From positions 4,768-68,767 of the forward strand of contig JAFGCH010000143.1 of assembly GCA_016932695.1 (NCBI GenBank): a stretch of DNA of 64,000 bases, in the 5' to 3' direction. The DNA is from Acidimicrobiia bacterium. GTDB taxonomy: Bacteria > Actinomycetota > Acidimicrobiia > Spongiisociales > UBA11373. This document shows, one piece after another, positions 8,255 to 17,293 of the stretch; position 1 is the stretch's first letter, and every line of letters begins with the position of its first letter. The notes under the pieces were generated by a model, which was not told where the DNA came from, ran no database searches, and saw only the letters and a program-made list of their open reading frames with translations. A program made the translations under genes and the position numbers.

Positions 8255-9889
8255 GTGGCCCTGCCCGTGCAGCGCTGTTTCGAGGACCTTGGGGTGCCTC
8301 TCTCCGAGGTCCCCTTCTGCGTCATCGACCTCGAGACCACCGGCGGCTCCCCCACCGGATGCGGCATCACCGAGATCGGCGCCCTGCGCTTCCGCGGCGG
8401 CGAGCCCGACGGCACCTTCCACACCCTGGTCAACCCGCAGCAGGAGATCCCCGCTTTCATCACCATCCTCACCGGCATTACCCAGGCGATGGTCATCGAG
8501 GCCCCGCCCATCAACCGGGCCCTTCCCGCCCTGCTGGAGTTCCTCGGCGACGCCGTGGTAGTGGGCCACAACGTGCGCTTCGACCTCTCCTTCCTCAACG
8601 CCGCCGCCGAGCGCCTGGGCTACGGCCGCCTCCCCAACCGCTCCGTGGACACCTACGCCCTGGCCCGCCGCCTGCTGCGCTCCGAACTGCGCGACCTGCG
8701 CCTGGGCACCCTGGCCGCCTTCTTCCGCTCCCCCGTCACCCCCAACCATCGCGCCTTCGAGGATGCCCGGGCCACCGCCGACGTGCTGTGGGGCCTGCTG
8801 GAACGGGCGGGCACCATCGGCATCACCCACCTCGAGGACCTGCTGCAACTCCCCACCGCCCGCGGTGGGGCCCATTACGGCAAGATCCGCCTGGCCGACT
8901 CGCTCCCCCGCCGTCCCGGGGTGTACCTGTTCCGCGACCGGGCGGGCGAGGTCTTCTACGTGGGCAAGGCGACCAACCTGCGCACCCGGGTGCGCGCCTA
9001 CTTCTACGGCGACGATCGCCGCCGGGCCGACCAGATGCTCCGTGAACTCGACGCCGTCGACCACCGGGTCTGCGCCACCGACCTGGAGGCCGAGGTGGCC
9101 GAACTGCGCCTCATCCGGGCGCACAACCCGCGGCACAACCGCCGCTCCCGGCCGGCGCCGGCTCCCCACTGGCTGCGCCTGACCAACGAGGCCTACCCCC
9201 GCCTGGCCCTGGCACGCGGGCTGCGCCCCGGCGAGGGCTTGCTGCACCTAGGGCCTTTCCGCGGCCAGGCCGCCGCCCGCCTGGTGGCCGAAGCCGTGTG
9301 GGATGCCCTGCCGTTGCGGCGCTGCTCCGGCCCTCCGGGTCGCCGCGCCGCACCTTGCGCCGCAGCGCAACTCGGAGTGGCCCTCTGCCCCTGCGACGGC
9401 ACCCTGGACCCGGCCGCCTACCAACCGGTGGTTGAGCGCCTCGTCGCCGGAGTCGAGGACGACCCGGCCCTCCTGCTCCGCCCCCTGGCCGACAAGGTCA
9501 CCACCCTGGCCCGCGACGGGCGCTTCGAAGAAGCGGGATGGGTGCGGGACCGTCACCACGCCTTGGCTCGGGCCCTCGAGCGGCGCCGCGCCTGGCAGGC
9601 CCTGGCGAGAGCCGGCCTCATCTGCGCCGAGCATCCCGAGGGCGGCGGGGCCCTGATCGATCACGGGCGCCTGGTCTCCTCATGGGACGGCAGCCGTCCC
9701 CCGCTGTTGCCTCTGCCCGACACTGCGCCGGGCACACCGCCCGAGGTGCCCGCCGACCCCGGCGACGCCGAGGAGGCCGACATCGTGTGGCGCTGGCTCG
9801 CTAAGCCGGGGGTCAGGCTGCTGGAAGCTTCGGGGGAACTGGCCCTGCCGGCCCGGCCGGTAGCCCGCCTGGAGAGGGTAGACCTCTAG
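8255..9889 (+). CDS. DEDD exonuclease (DnaQ-like) fused to GIY-YIG/UvrC-like nuclease (Rv2191-like)
   Basis: VIDLETTG, HNVRFD, HRAFEDA exonuclease motifs; PGVYLF...YVGKA...LRTRVRAYF GIY-YIG motif. Confidence 0.9.
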   Translation: MALPVQRCFEDLGVPLSEVPFCVIDLETTGGSPTGCGITEIGALRFRGGEPDGTFHTLVNPQQEIPAFITILTGITQAMVIEAPPINRALPALLEFLGDAVVVGHNVRFDLSFLNAAAERLGYGRLPNRSVDTYALARRLLRSELRDLRLGTLAAFFRSPVTPNHRAFEDARATADVLWGLLERAGTIGITHLEDLLQLPTARGGAHYGKIRLADSLPRRPGVYLFRDRAGEVFYVGKATNLRTRVRAYFYGDDRRRADQMLRELDAVDHRVCATDLEAEVAELRLIRAHNPRHNRRSRPAPAPHWLRLTNEAYPRLALARGLRPGEGLLHLGPFRGQAAARLVAEAVWDALPLRRCSGPPGRRAAPCAAAQLGVALCPCDGTLDPAAYQPVVERLVAGVEDDPALLLRPLADKVTTLARDGRFEEAGWVRDRHHALARALERRRAWQALARAGLICAEHPEGGGALIDHGRLVSSWDGSRPPLLPLPDTAPGTPPEVPADPGDAEEADIVWRWLAKPGVRLLEASGELALPARPVARLERVDL

Positions 9890-10566
9890 GAGGGGGAGGC
9901 GCCGAAAGCCACCCGAATACCGTGGCGGCGCAGTCCGGAGCGGAACACGTAGAACGACGCCGCGATGGCCAGGGCCTTCACCCCAGCGGAGATGGCGGTC
10001 CGGTAACCCACATAGGCGGCGACGGTCTCACGGCCCAGCAAGTACCAGCCCAGGAAGGAGAGCAGCAGGAACACCGCCGCCCACAGCACGGTGATCACGC
10101 CGAAGATCTGCCGAAGGCGTGCCGAGGCCCCGATCCCGTCCAGGGGCACGAAGTCGTGCGCCAGACGATGGGCCAGCGACCGCCCCGCCGGCAGGGAGGC
10201 CAGGAACACCAGGCCCAGTGCCGCCTCCCCCACCACCGGCTGCAGGAAGTACACGTCGGAGTTTCCCGAGAACGCCGTGGCCAGCACCCGGGCCAGGAGC
10301 GTCACCACCGCCAGCACCAGCAAGCCGCTCACCCTGCCCCGGATCATCCGGCGGCCCAGGGCGCCCAGCGACCAGACCAGAGCAGCGATCATGCCCCCCC
10401 AGACCCCGCCCAGCCAGAACCCCAGGTAGAAGAGGCCGGTGGGCATGAGCACCCCCTCCACCACCACCGGGACGGCCCGGCGCAGCAGGGCTCCGACGGC
10501 GGGGAGGTGCAGCACCGTCAGGAGCGGCGCGGCCGGGATCGCGGCTATGTGGACGGGTACGGGCAC
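9886..10566 (-). CDS. VC0807-family / septation-protein-A-like membrane protein
   Basis: Multiple TM helices, YFLQPVV, ITVLWAAVFLL; start uncertain. Confidence 0.6.
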   Translation of the reverse strand: MPVPVHIAAIPAAPLLTVLHLPAVGALLRRAVPVVVEGVLMPTGLFYLGFWLGGVWGGMIAALVWSLGALGRRMIRGRVSGLLVLAVVTLLARVLATAFSGNSDVYFLQPVVGEAALGLVFLASLPAGRSLAHRLAHDFVPLDGIGASARLRQIFGVITVLWAAVFLLLSFLGWYLLGRETVAAYVGYRTAISAGVKALAIAASFYVFRSGLRRHGIRVAFGASPS

Positions 10567-10717
10567 TGGGGGCCTCTATCGGTCGCGAGCGGCAGGAACT
10601 CGCGGGGAATCTGGGAGCCGCACCCCAGAAGGGCAGGGGTGCCGTCCCGAGGACCTTCGGAGCATAGCCGCCCGGCGGACTACCCCGGTGCATCGAGCGC
10701 CGCCGCGCCGCCGCCGC

Positions 10718-12352
10718 TCAGGTCTGCAGTACGACAGGGATGACGACCGCCCGGCGCGACTTCTCCCCCCGGGTGACCCGGTTCACCGCCTGCACCATGC
10801 GGCGGCGCATCGCCTCGAGGTCCGGGGGCCCGCCGGCCATGGCGCGCAGCTCCTCGGCCACCGCCGCCGCCGCTTGGGCCAGCACCGCGGCCGGCTCTTG
10901 CACGAACCCGTGGCTCTCCAAGTCGGGGCCCTCCACCAGTTCCCCCGTCCTCCCATCCACCGCCGCCACCACCACGATGACGCCGTCCTCACACAGGTGG
11001 CGCCGATCGCGAATGATCCCACCGGCACTGCCCGCCACCTCGAGGCCGTCCACGAAAACGTGGCTGCCGGGGACCGCCCCCCGCTCCACCCGGGTCTCGG
11101 CGCCGTCGAGGACCAGGCGGTCGCCGTCCTCGCAGACGAGCACCTCCGGGACGCCCATCTGCCGGGCCAGGGCGGCATGGGCATTGAGGTGGCGGTACTC
11201 CCCGTGGACGGGTACGAAGGCCTGGGGGCGGACCACGTTGAGGAAGGTGCGCAGCTCCTCCTGGGCGCCGTGGCCCGACACATGGACGGGGGCGTTGTCG
11301 CCGTGGAAAACCCGGGCCCCCAGGCGAAGCAGGCCGTTGATCACCCGCGACATCCGGGTCTCGTTGCCCGGAATCGGCCGGGCCGAGATGAGCACGGTGT
11401 CTCCCTCTTCGATCTTGACCCAGCGATGGTCGCCCGCCGCCATCAGGGACAGGGCGGCGAAGGGCTCTCCCTGAGAGCCGGTGCACAGCACCGCCACCCG
11501 GTCGGCAGGATGGGTGAGCACCTCCTCCATGGGGATCACCGAGTCGGGCGGCAGCCGCAGGACTCCCAGGGCCTCCCCGATCGCCACGTTGCGCTGCATC
11601 GAGCGGCCCAGGAAGGTTACGTAACGCCCGCAATCGACGGCCGCCTCCACGATCTGCTGCACCCGGTGCAGATGGCTGGCGAAGCAGGCGGCGATCACCC
11701 GCCCCCGGCTCTCCACCACGATCTCGTATAGCGAGCGCGCCAGGCTCGACTCGCTGGGCACGAAACCCGGCTCCTCGGCGTTGGTGCTGTCGGCCAAGAG
11801 CAGCCTCACCCCCCGGCGGCCCAGGGCGGCGAACTCGGGGAGGTCGGTGGGCACCCCGTCGATGGGGGTCGGGTCCAGCTTGAAGTCCCCGCTGTGCACC
11901 ACCAGGCCGTCGGGAGTGTCGAAGGCCACCCCCGTCCCCTGGGGGATGCTGTGGGAGACCGGCACCAGCATGAAGCGGAAGGGCCCATGCTGCACCCACT
12001 CCCGGGGAGCCACCGGGCGCAGGTCGCCCTGCAGGCCCGCCTCCTCCACCCGGCTGCGGGCCAGTTCCACCGTCAGCGGAGTGCCGTACACCGGCACGGA
12101 GACCTCCGCCAGCAGGTAGGCCAGGGCGCCCACGTGGTCCTCGTGCCCGTGGGTGAGCACCACGCACTCGAGGTCGGCGCGCCGCTCCAGTACCGAGGCG
12201 AAGTTGGGGAGCACCAGGTCCACCCCGAGCATGCCTTCCTCGGGGAACATCAAGCCGCAGTCGATCAACGCCAGGCGCCCGTCGACCTCCAGCGAAGTGC
12301 AGTTGCGACCCACCTCGCCCAGGCCCCCAAGGAATGCCAGAGAAGTGCTCAT
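10718..12352 (-). CDS. rnj: Ribonuclease J
   Basis: LGGLGEVGRN, THGHEDH, SGDFKLD, CTGSQGEP, HVSGH. Confidence 0.95.
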   Translation of the reverse strand: MSTSLAFLGGLGEVGRNCTSLEVDGRLALIDCGLMFPEEGMLGVDLVLPNFASVLERRADLECVVLTHGHEDHVGALAYLLAEVSVPVYGTPLTVELARSRVEEAGLQGDLRPVAPREWVQHGPFRFMLVPVSHSIPQGTGVAFDTPDGLVVHSGDFKLDPTPIDGVPTDLPEFAALGRRGVRLLLADSTNAEEPGFVPSESSLARSLYEIVVESRGRVIAACFASHLHRVQQIVEAAVDCGRYVTFLGRSMQRNVAIGEALGVLRLPPDSVIPMEEVLTHPADRVAVLCTGSQGEPFAALSLMAAGDHRWVKIEEGDTVLISARPIPGNETRMSRVINGLLRLGARVFHGDNAPVHVSGHGAQEELRTFLNVVRPQAFVPVHGEYRHLNAHAALARQMGVPEVLVCEDGDRLVLDGAETRVERGAVPGSHVFVDGLEVAGSAGGIIRDRRHLCEDGVIVVVAAVDGRTGELVEGPDLESHGFVQEPAAVLAQAAAAVAEELRAMAGGPPDLEAMRRRMVQAVNRVTRGEKSRRAVVIPVVLQT

Positions 12353-13233
12353 GCCTGCTGGGCCACCGCCAGGGCCTGGCGCACCGCAGCGATGGTCGCC
12401 GCATCGGCCCGCATCAGAGGTAGTCGCGGGCCTCCTACCGGGGCCCACAACTCGTCCATGGCCGCCTTCACCGGCATGGGGTTGGACTCCAGGAACAGCG
12501 CCCGGCAGAGCGGGGCCAGCGCCAGGTGCAGGCGCCGGGCCTCGTCCAACCGCCCGGCGGCGGCCGCCTCCACCATCCGCTTCACCTGCCGGCCGGCGAG
12601 GTGCGACGCCACCGACACCACCCCGACCCCGCCCACCGCCATGATGGGCAGGGTGTTGATGTCGTCGCCCGAGTAGACGGCCATCCCCTCGCCCACCGCC
12701 CCCACAGTGGCCGTGGTGAAAGCCAGTTCGCCCACCGCATCCTTGACCGCCACGATCTGCGGGTTCTCGGCCAGGCGGGCCAAGGTCGCCACTTCGATGC
12801 GGGCCGCAGTGCGTCCCGGGATGTTGTAGAGCATCACCGGGAGGCCGGCGGCGCCGGCGATGGCCTCGAAGTGCGCCACCATGCCTTCTTGGGAAGGCCG
12901 GTTGTAGTAGGGGGTCACCGCCAGCACCCCGTCGCAGCCGACGGCGGCGGCCCGGCGGGTCAACTCCACCGAGTGGGCGGTGTCGTAGGTGCCGGTGCCG
13001 GCGATCACCCGGGCCCGGCCCTTCACCCCCTCTACCACGGCGCGGAAGAGGGCCGTCTTCTCATCGTCGGACAGGGTGGGCGACTCGCCGGTGGTCCCGG
13101 CCACCACCAGGCCGTCGCTACCCGTGTCCACCAGATGCTGGGCCAGCTCCCAGACGCGCCCGTGATCGACGGCCCCGTCGGGGCCGAACGGGGTGATCAT
13201 CGCGGTCAGCAGGCGACCGAACGGGGCGTCCAC
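12349..13233 (-). CDS. dapA: 4-hydroxy-tetrahydrodipicolinate synthase
   Basis: TAMITPF, GTTGES, YNIPGRT, VKDA, ESNPMPVK; AGGAG RBS before GTG. Confidence 0.95.
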   Translation of the reverse strand: MDAPFGRLLTAMITPFGPDGAVDHGRVWELAQHLVDTGSDGLVVAGTTGESPTLSDDEKTALFRAVVEGVKGRARVIAGTGTYDTAHSVELTRRAAAVGCDGVLAVTPYYNRPSQEGMVAHFEAIAGAAGLPVMLYNIPGRTAARIEVATLARLAENPQIVAVKDAVGELAFTTATVGAVGEGMAVYSGDDINTLPIMAVGGVGVVSVASHLAGRQVKRMVEAAAAGRLDEARRLHLALAPLCRALFLESNPMPVKAAMDELWAPVGGPRLPLMRADAATIAAVRQALAVAQQA

Positions 13234-13329
13234 AACTCCTCCCGGCTCGACACCGCCGGACGGTAGCATCGGCGCGCTCCGTGACCCGGCGGGAATGCCG
13301 CGCCCCGTTCATTGGTTCGAGGATCACAA

Positions 13330-14160
13330 ATGGTGGTCAAAGACATCGATCAACAAGCCTTCGGGCTCGAGGTGCTGCAGCGCAGCCACGAAGTGCCCGT
13401 CGTCGTCGACTTCTGGGCCGCGTGGTGCGGCCCCTGCCGGGTGCTGGGGCCCGTGCTGGAGAAGGTGGCCGCCGAGAACCAAGGCGCCCTGGACCTGGTG
13501 AAGGTGGACGTCGACCGCAATCCCGCCCTGGCTTCCCAGTTCGGGGTACAGGGCATCCCCACCGTGCTGGCTTTCAAGGACGGCCGCCCGGTGGCCCGCT
13601 TCACCGGGGCGGTCCCCGAGAGCGAGGTACGCCGCTGGATATCGGGCCTCCTCCCCACCGAGATCGACCACTGGGTGGAGCAGGCCCGCGATGCCGTCCT
13701 CGAAGGCAACGAGCCCCGGGCCGAGGCCCTCTTCCGGCGGGTCCTCGACGATGTCCCCGACCACCCCGAGGCCGGCACCGGCCTGGCCGCCCTGCTCATC
13801 GCTCGCGGCGACACCGCCGAAGCCCTGATCCTGCTGGGCAAGCTGGCCCGCACCTCCGAGGTCGAACGCCTCGAAGCCGCCGCCCGCCTAGCGGCGGCAC
13901 AAGGAGGCGACCTGCATGCCCTCGAGGCTCGGCTGGCCGCCGACCCCGACGACCACGAGGCCCGCATCCAGTTGGGTCGCGCCCTAGCCGCCCGTCACGA
14001 GTACGAGCCGGCGCTGGATCACCTCCTGACCGTGGTAAGAGCGGGGGGCGACGAGCGCGAGGCCGCACGCCAGGCGATGGTCGACGTGTTCGGGGTGCTG
14101 GGCATCGCCCACCCCCTCACCCTCACCTACCGCCGGGCCCTGGCCAACGCGCTCTACTGA
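13330..14160 (+). CDS. Thioredoxin-TPR co-chaperone (YbbN/CnoX-like)
   Basis: DFWAAWCGPC, then TPR-like helices, ending YRRALANALY. Confidence 0.88.
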   Translation: MVVKDIDQQAFGLEVLQRSHEVPVVVDFWAAWCGPCRVLGPVLEKVAAENQGALDLVKVDVDRNPALASQFGVQGIPTVLAFKDGRPVARFTGAVPESEVRRWISGLLPTEIDHWVEQARDAVLEGNEPRAEALFRRVLDDVPDHPEAGTGLAALLIARGDTAEALILLGKLARTSEVERLEAAARLAAAQGGDLHALEARLAADPDDHEARIQLGRALAARHEYEPALDHLLTVVRAGGDEREAARQAMVDVFGVLGIAHPLTLTYRRALANALY

Positions 14161-14166
14161 GCGGCG

Positions 14167-14928
14167 CTAGCCGAGGACCGCTTCCAGGCCCACCGTCACC
14201 GGGTCCGGAAGGGCACCCACCTTGCGGATCGCCAGCATCACTCCGGGCAGGAAGGCCGCCCGGTCGGTGGTGTCGTGGCGGATGGTCAGGGTCTCCCCCG
14301 CCGAGCCGAGGATCACCTCCTGGTGAGCCAGCAGGCCGGGGAGCCGAACGGCGTGGATCTGCACTCCCCCGGCGGTAGCACCACGGGCGCCGGGCAACAC
14401 CTCGGCCGATTCCACCGCCCGCTCGGCCCGCCCCCCGGCGGCGGCCATGCCCGCCGCCGTGGCCAGGGCCGTGCCCGAAGGGGCGTCGGCCTTGCGGTCG
14501 TGGTGCAACTCCACGATCTCGGCGGCGGCGAAATGAGGGGCCGCGGCGGCAGCGAAGCGCATCATGAGCACCGCCCCGATGGAGAAGTTGGGCACCACGA
14601 GGCAGCTCGGGGGCGAACCTCCCCAAGCCTCCCGCAGCGCCGCCAGCCGGGCCGCATCGAAACCCGAAGTGCCCACCACCGCGTGCCGGCCGAGACGGCG
14701 CCAGTGCGCCAGGTTCTCCATGACCACCCCGGGATGGGTGAACTCCACCACCACTTCGACGGAGGCCAGCAAGCCGGGATCGCTGCCGACGGCGACCCCG
14801 GCCACCGTCTGCCCGGCACCGTTGGGGTCGTAGCCGGCGACCAGTTCCAGGTCGGGCGCCTCGGCAACCGCCGCGGCTACCAGGCGCCCCATGCGCCCCG
14901 CCGCCCCGGAGACGCCCACCCGGATCAT
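14167..14928 (-). CDS. dapB: 4-hydroxy-tetrahydrodipicolinate reductase
   Basis: GAAGRMG, VGTSG, PNFSIG, ELHHDRKADAPSGTA. Confidence 0.95.
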   Translation of the reverse strand: MIRVGVSGAAGRMGRLVAAAVAEAPDLELVAGYDPNGAGQTVAGVAVGSDPGLLASVEVVVEFTHPGVVMENLAHWRRLGRHAVVGTSGFDAARLAALREAWGGSPPSCLVVPNFSIGAVLMMRFAAAAAPHFAAAEIVELHHDRKADAPSGTALATAAGMAAAGGRAERAVESAEVLPGARGATAGGVQIHAVRLPGLLAHQEVILGSAGETLTIRHDTTDRAAFLPGVMLAIRKVGALPDPVTVGLEAVLG

Positions 14929-16175
14929 CGCACGAAAGCCTCCAGCTCCGGGACCCCGAAAGGCCCGACCGCCCCCAGTACTCGCGGCGAGGTGAACACC
15001 TCCCGGGCCACCTCGTGCACTTCGTCGAGGGTAACGCCCTCGATGGCGGCCACCGTCTCGTCGAGGGAGAGGTGGCGCACCCCGGTCAGCTCATGGCGGC
15101 CGAGGCGAATCATGCGGCTGTTGGTCTCCTCCATGGAGAGGGCCAGCGACCCCTTCATGTTGCCCTTAGCGCGCTCGAGCTCGTCGGCGGTCACCCCCGT
15201 TGCCGACAGGGCGGCCAGGCCTTCCCGGATCAGCTCCAGCACCTGCGCCGCCTGATGCGGGGTGGTGCCCACGTAGATCCCGTAGGCCCCCGAATCGGCG
15301 TAGGGCATGCGGAAGGAATAGACGGCGTAGGCCAAGCCCCGGTCCTCCCGGATCTCCCGGAACAGGCGAGAGGACATGCCGCTACCCAGAATGTGGTTGA
15401 GCAGGCCGAAGGCGAAGCGCCGCTCGTCACCCCGGGTGAGGGCCTCCCCGCCGAACACCAGGTGCGCCTGCTCGGTATCCCGCGTCTTGACCTCGACGCG
15501 CGGCACCACCGTCGCCTCGCGGAACTCGTGCCCCGCCGGCTCACCGTGCCAGTCACCGAAATAGCCGGCGGCCAGTTCCAGCACCTGCTCGTGTCCCAAG
15601 TTGCCCGCGGCAGCGACCACCACCGCCGGAGGCCGGTAGCGCCGGCCCCAGTACTCGGTGATCACCTCACGGCTCATCGCCGCGATGGACTCCCGGGTGC
15701 CCAGCACCGGGAGGGCCAGGGCGTGATCGCCCCACAGCGCCCGGGCGAACTGATCGTGGGCCACATCGGCCGGATCGTCCTCGTTCATGTTGATCTCCTC
15801 GAGGACGACGTTGGCCTCCGACTCGATGTCCTCGGGGCGGAAAGCCGGGCGCAGCAGCATCTCGGAGAGGAGCTCCATGCCCCTGGGGAGGTCCTCGTCG
15901 CGCAGCTGGGCCCAGAAGCAGGTGTACTCCTTGGAGGTGAAGGCGTTGGAGCGGGCCCCCACCGAATCGAAAGCCTGGGCGATGTCCTGGGCGGTGAGGC
16001 GCTCCGAACCTTTGAAGAGCAGATGCTCCAGGAAGTGGGAGCAGCCCGCTTCGGCGGTGGCCTCGTCGCGGCTGCCGCTGTCCACCCAGCACCCCACCGC
16101 CGCCGAGCGCACCGCGGCCATGCTCTCGGTGATGACCCGCAAACCGTTGGGCAATGTGGTCAGGCGCTGTTCCAC
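14925..16175 (-). CDS. M16 family zinc peptidase (pitrilysin-like)
   Basis: HFLEHLLFKG (HxxEH), NAFTSKE, SRLFREIREDRGLAY. Confidence 0.92.
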   Translation of the reverse strand: MEQRLTTLPNGLRVITESMAAVRSAAVGCWVDSGSRDEATAEAGCSHFLEHLLFKGSERLTAQDIAQAFDSVGARSNAFTSKEYTCFWAQLRDEDLPRGMELLSEMLLRPAFRPEDIESEANVVLEEINMNEDDPADVAHDQFARALWGDHALALPVLGTRESIAAMSREVITEYWGRRYRPPAVVVAAAGNLGHEQVLELAAGYFGDWHGEPAGHEFREATVVPRVEVKTRDTEQAHLVFGGEALTRGDERRFAFGLLNHILGSGMSSRLFREIREDRGLAYAVYSFRMPYADSGAYGIYVGTTPHQAAQVLELIREGLAALSATGVTADELERAKGNMKGSLALSMEETNSRMIRLGRHELTGVRHLSLDETVAAIEGVTLDEVHEVAREVFTSPRVLGAVGPFGVPELEAFVR

Positions 16176-16270
16176 GGCCGGCTGATGTTAGGGTCCTGCC
16201 GGTTCGCGGACCGGCCTCTCGGCCCGACCGCACACCCCGCACCCCGCAACAACGGCCCGGGAGGACCTGC

Positions 16271-17032
16271 ATGAAGCGCCGACTGGCCCTTTGCGTGGCG
16301 CTCACCGCCGTGCTCGCCGCCTGCGGGGGCGGCGCTTCCGATGGCATCCCCGGGACCACTTCTACGACCGGCGGCGCCGCCGCCACCACCAGCACCACCC
16401 CGGGCAACAGCATCACGGTGGCGCCCTTCGGGCCGCAGGACGTCAGCTTCGCCACCCCCGACGGACTCAACCTCGAAGGCCGCCTGTTCCCCGCCGGACC
16501 CACCTGGGTGCTGCTGGCCCACATGCGCCCGGCCGACATGGCCTCCTGGTTCGAGTTCGCCGCCGTTCTCCAGCAAGCCGGCTACAGCGCCCTGGCCTAC
16601 AACAACCGGGGCTACGGCAACTCCGACGAGGGCGACCCCCTCGACCTGGGGGCCGACGCGCAAGGGGCCCTGGCTTTCGCCCGGGCATCGGGAGCCCAGG
16701 CCGTCTTCTTCATCGGCGCCTCCATGAACGGCGCCGCCGCCCTCTTCCTGGCGGCCGAAGAGGACCTGGCGGGAATCGTCACTCTCTCGGGAGTCCCAGA
16801 GTGGGACAACACCCCCGGCCTCTCCCGCGCCGGCGAAATCACCGAGCCCGCTCTCTTCGTGGCCGCCCGGGACGACGGCCAGGCGGCGGCGATCGCCGAC
16901 GCCATGGGCGCCTCCGTAGCCGGCAACGCCCAGGTGATCGTCTACCCGACCGGCGGCCACGGCACCGCCATGTTCACCGCCAACCCCGGGCTGACCGACC
17001 TGCTCCTCGGTTTCGTGGCCGCCGGCTCCTGA
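16271..17032 (+). CDS. Lipoprotein alpha/beta hydrolase
   Basis: Lipobox VLAAC, Thr linker, IGASMNG nucleophile elbow, GGHGT; GGAGGA RBS. Confidence 0.8.
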   Translation: MKRRLALCVALTAVLAACGGGASDGIPGTTSTTGGAAATTSTTPGNSITVAPFGPQDVSFATPDGLNLEGRLFPAGPTWVLLAHMRPADMASWFEFAAVLQQAGYSALAYNNRGYGNSDEGDPLDLGADAQGALAFARASGAQAVFFIGASMNGAAALFLAAEEDLAGIVTLSGVPEWDNTPGLSRAGEITEPALFVAARDDGQAAAIADAMGASVAGNAQVIVYPTGGHGTAMFTANPGLTDLLLGFVAAGS

Positions 17033-17293
17033 GCCGGCCCCTCCCACGCCCTACATCGAGGCATGCGACGGTAGGCCGGCGCAAGCCCGTCGCTGGCGCG
17101 GGGCTCACCGTGTGCGCCGCCGCCTGCTTCGGGGTCACCGGTCGTTCTCTCCTCTGGCGGCAGGACGGGGGATCCCCGCCCACGCTGGCTTCGTCGCAGC
17201 CCCGACGTGGTGAACCTGCCAAGCCCGTCACGCCGGGCTTCTCGGCTACATGCGGGCTTGGGCAGCACCACCGCCGTGGGAGAATGAGGGGCT

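Noticed and set aside
16974-17231. 85-aa minus-strand ORF in the gap before the vWA gene
   Set aside because: No motif, biased composition, and it overlaps the hydrolase 3' end
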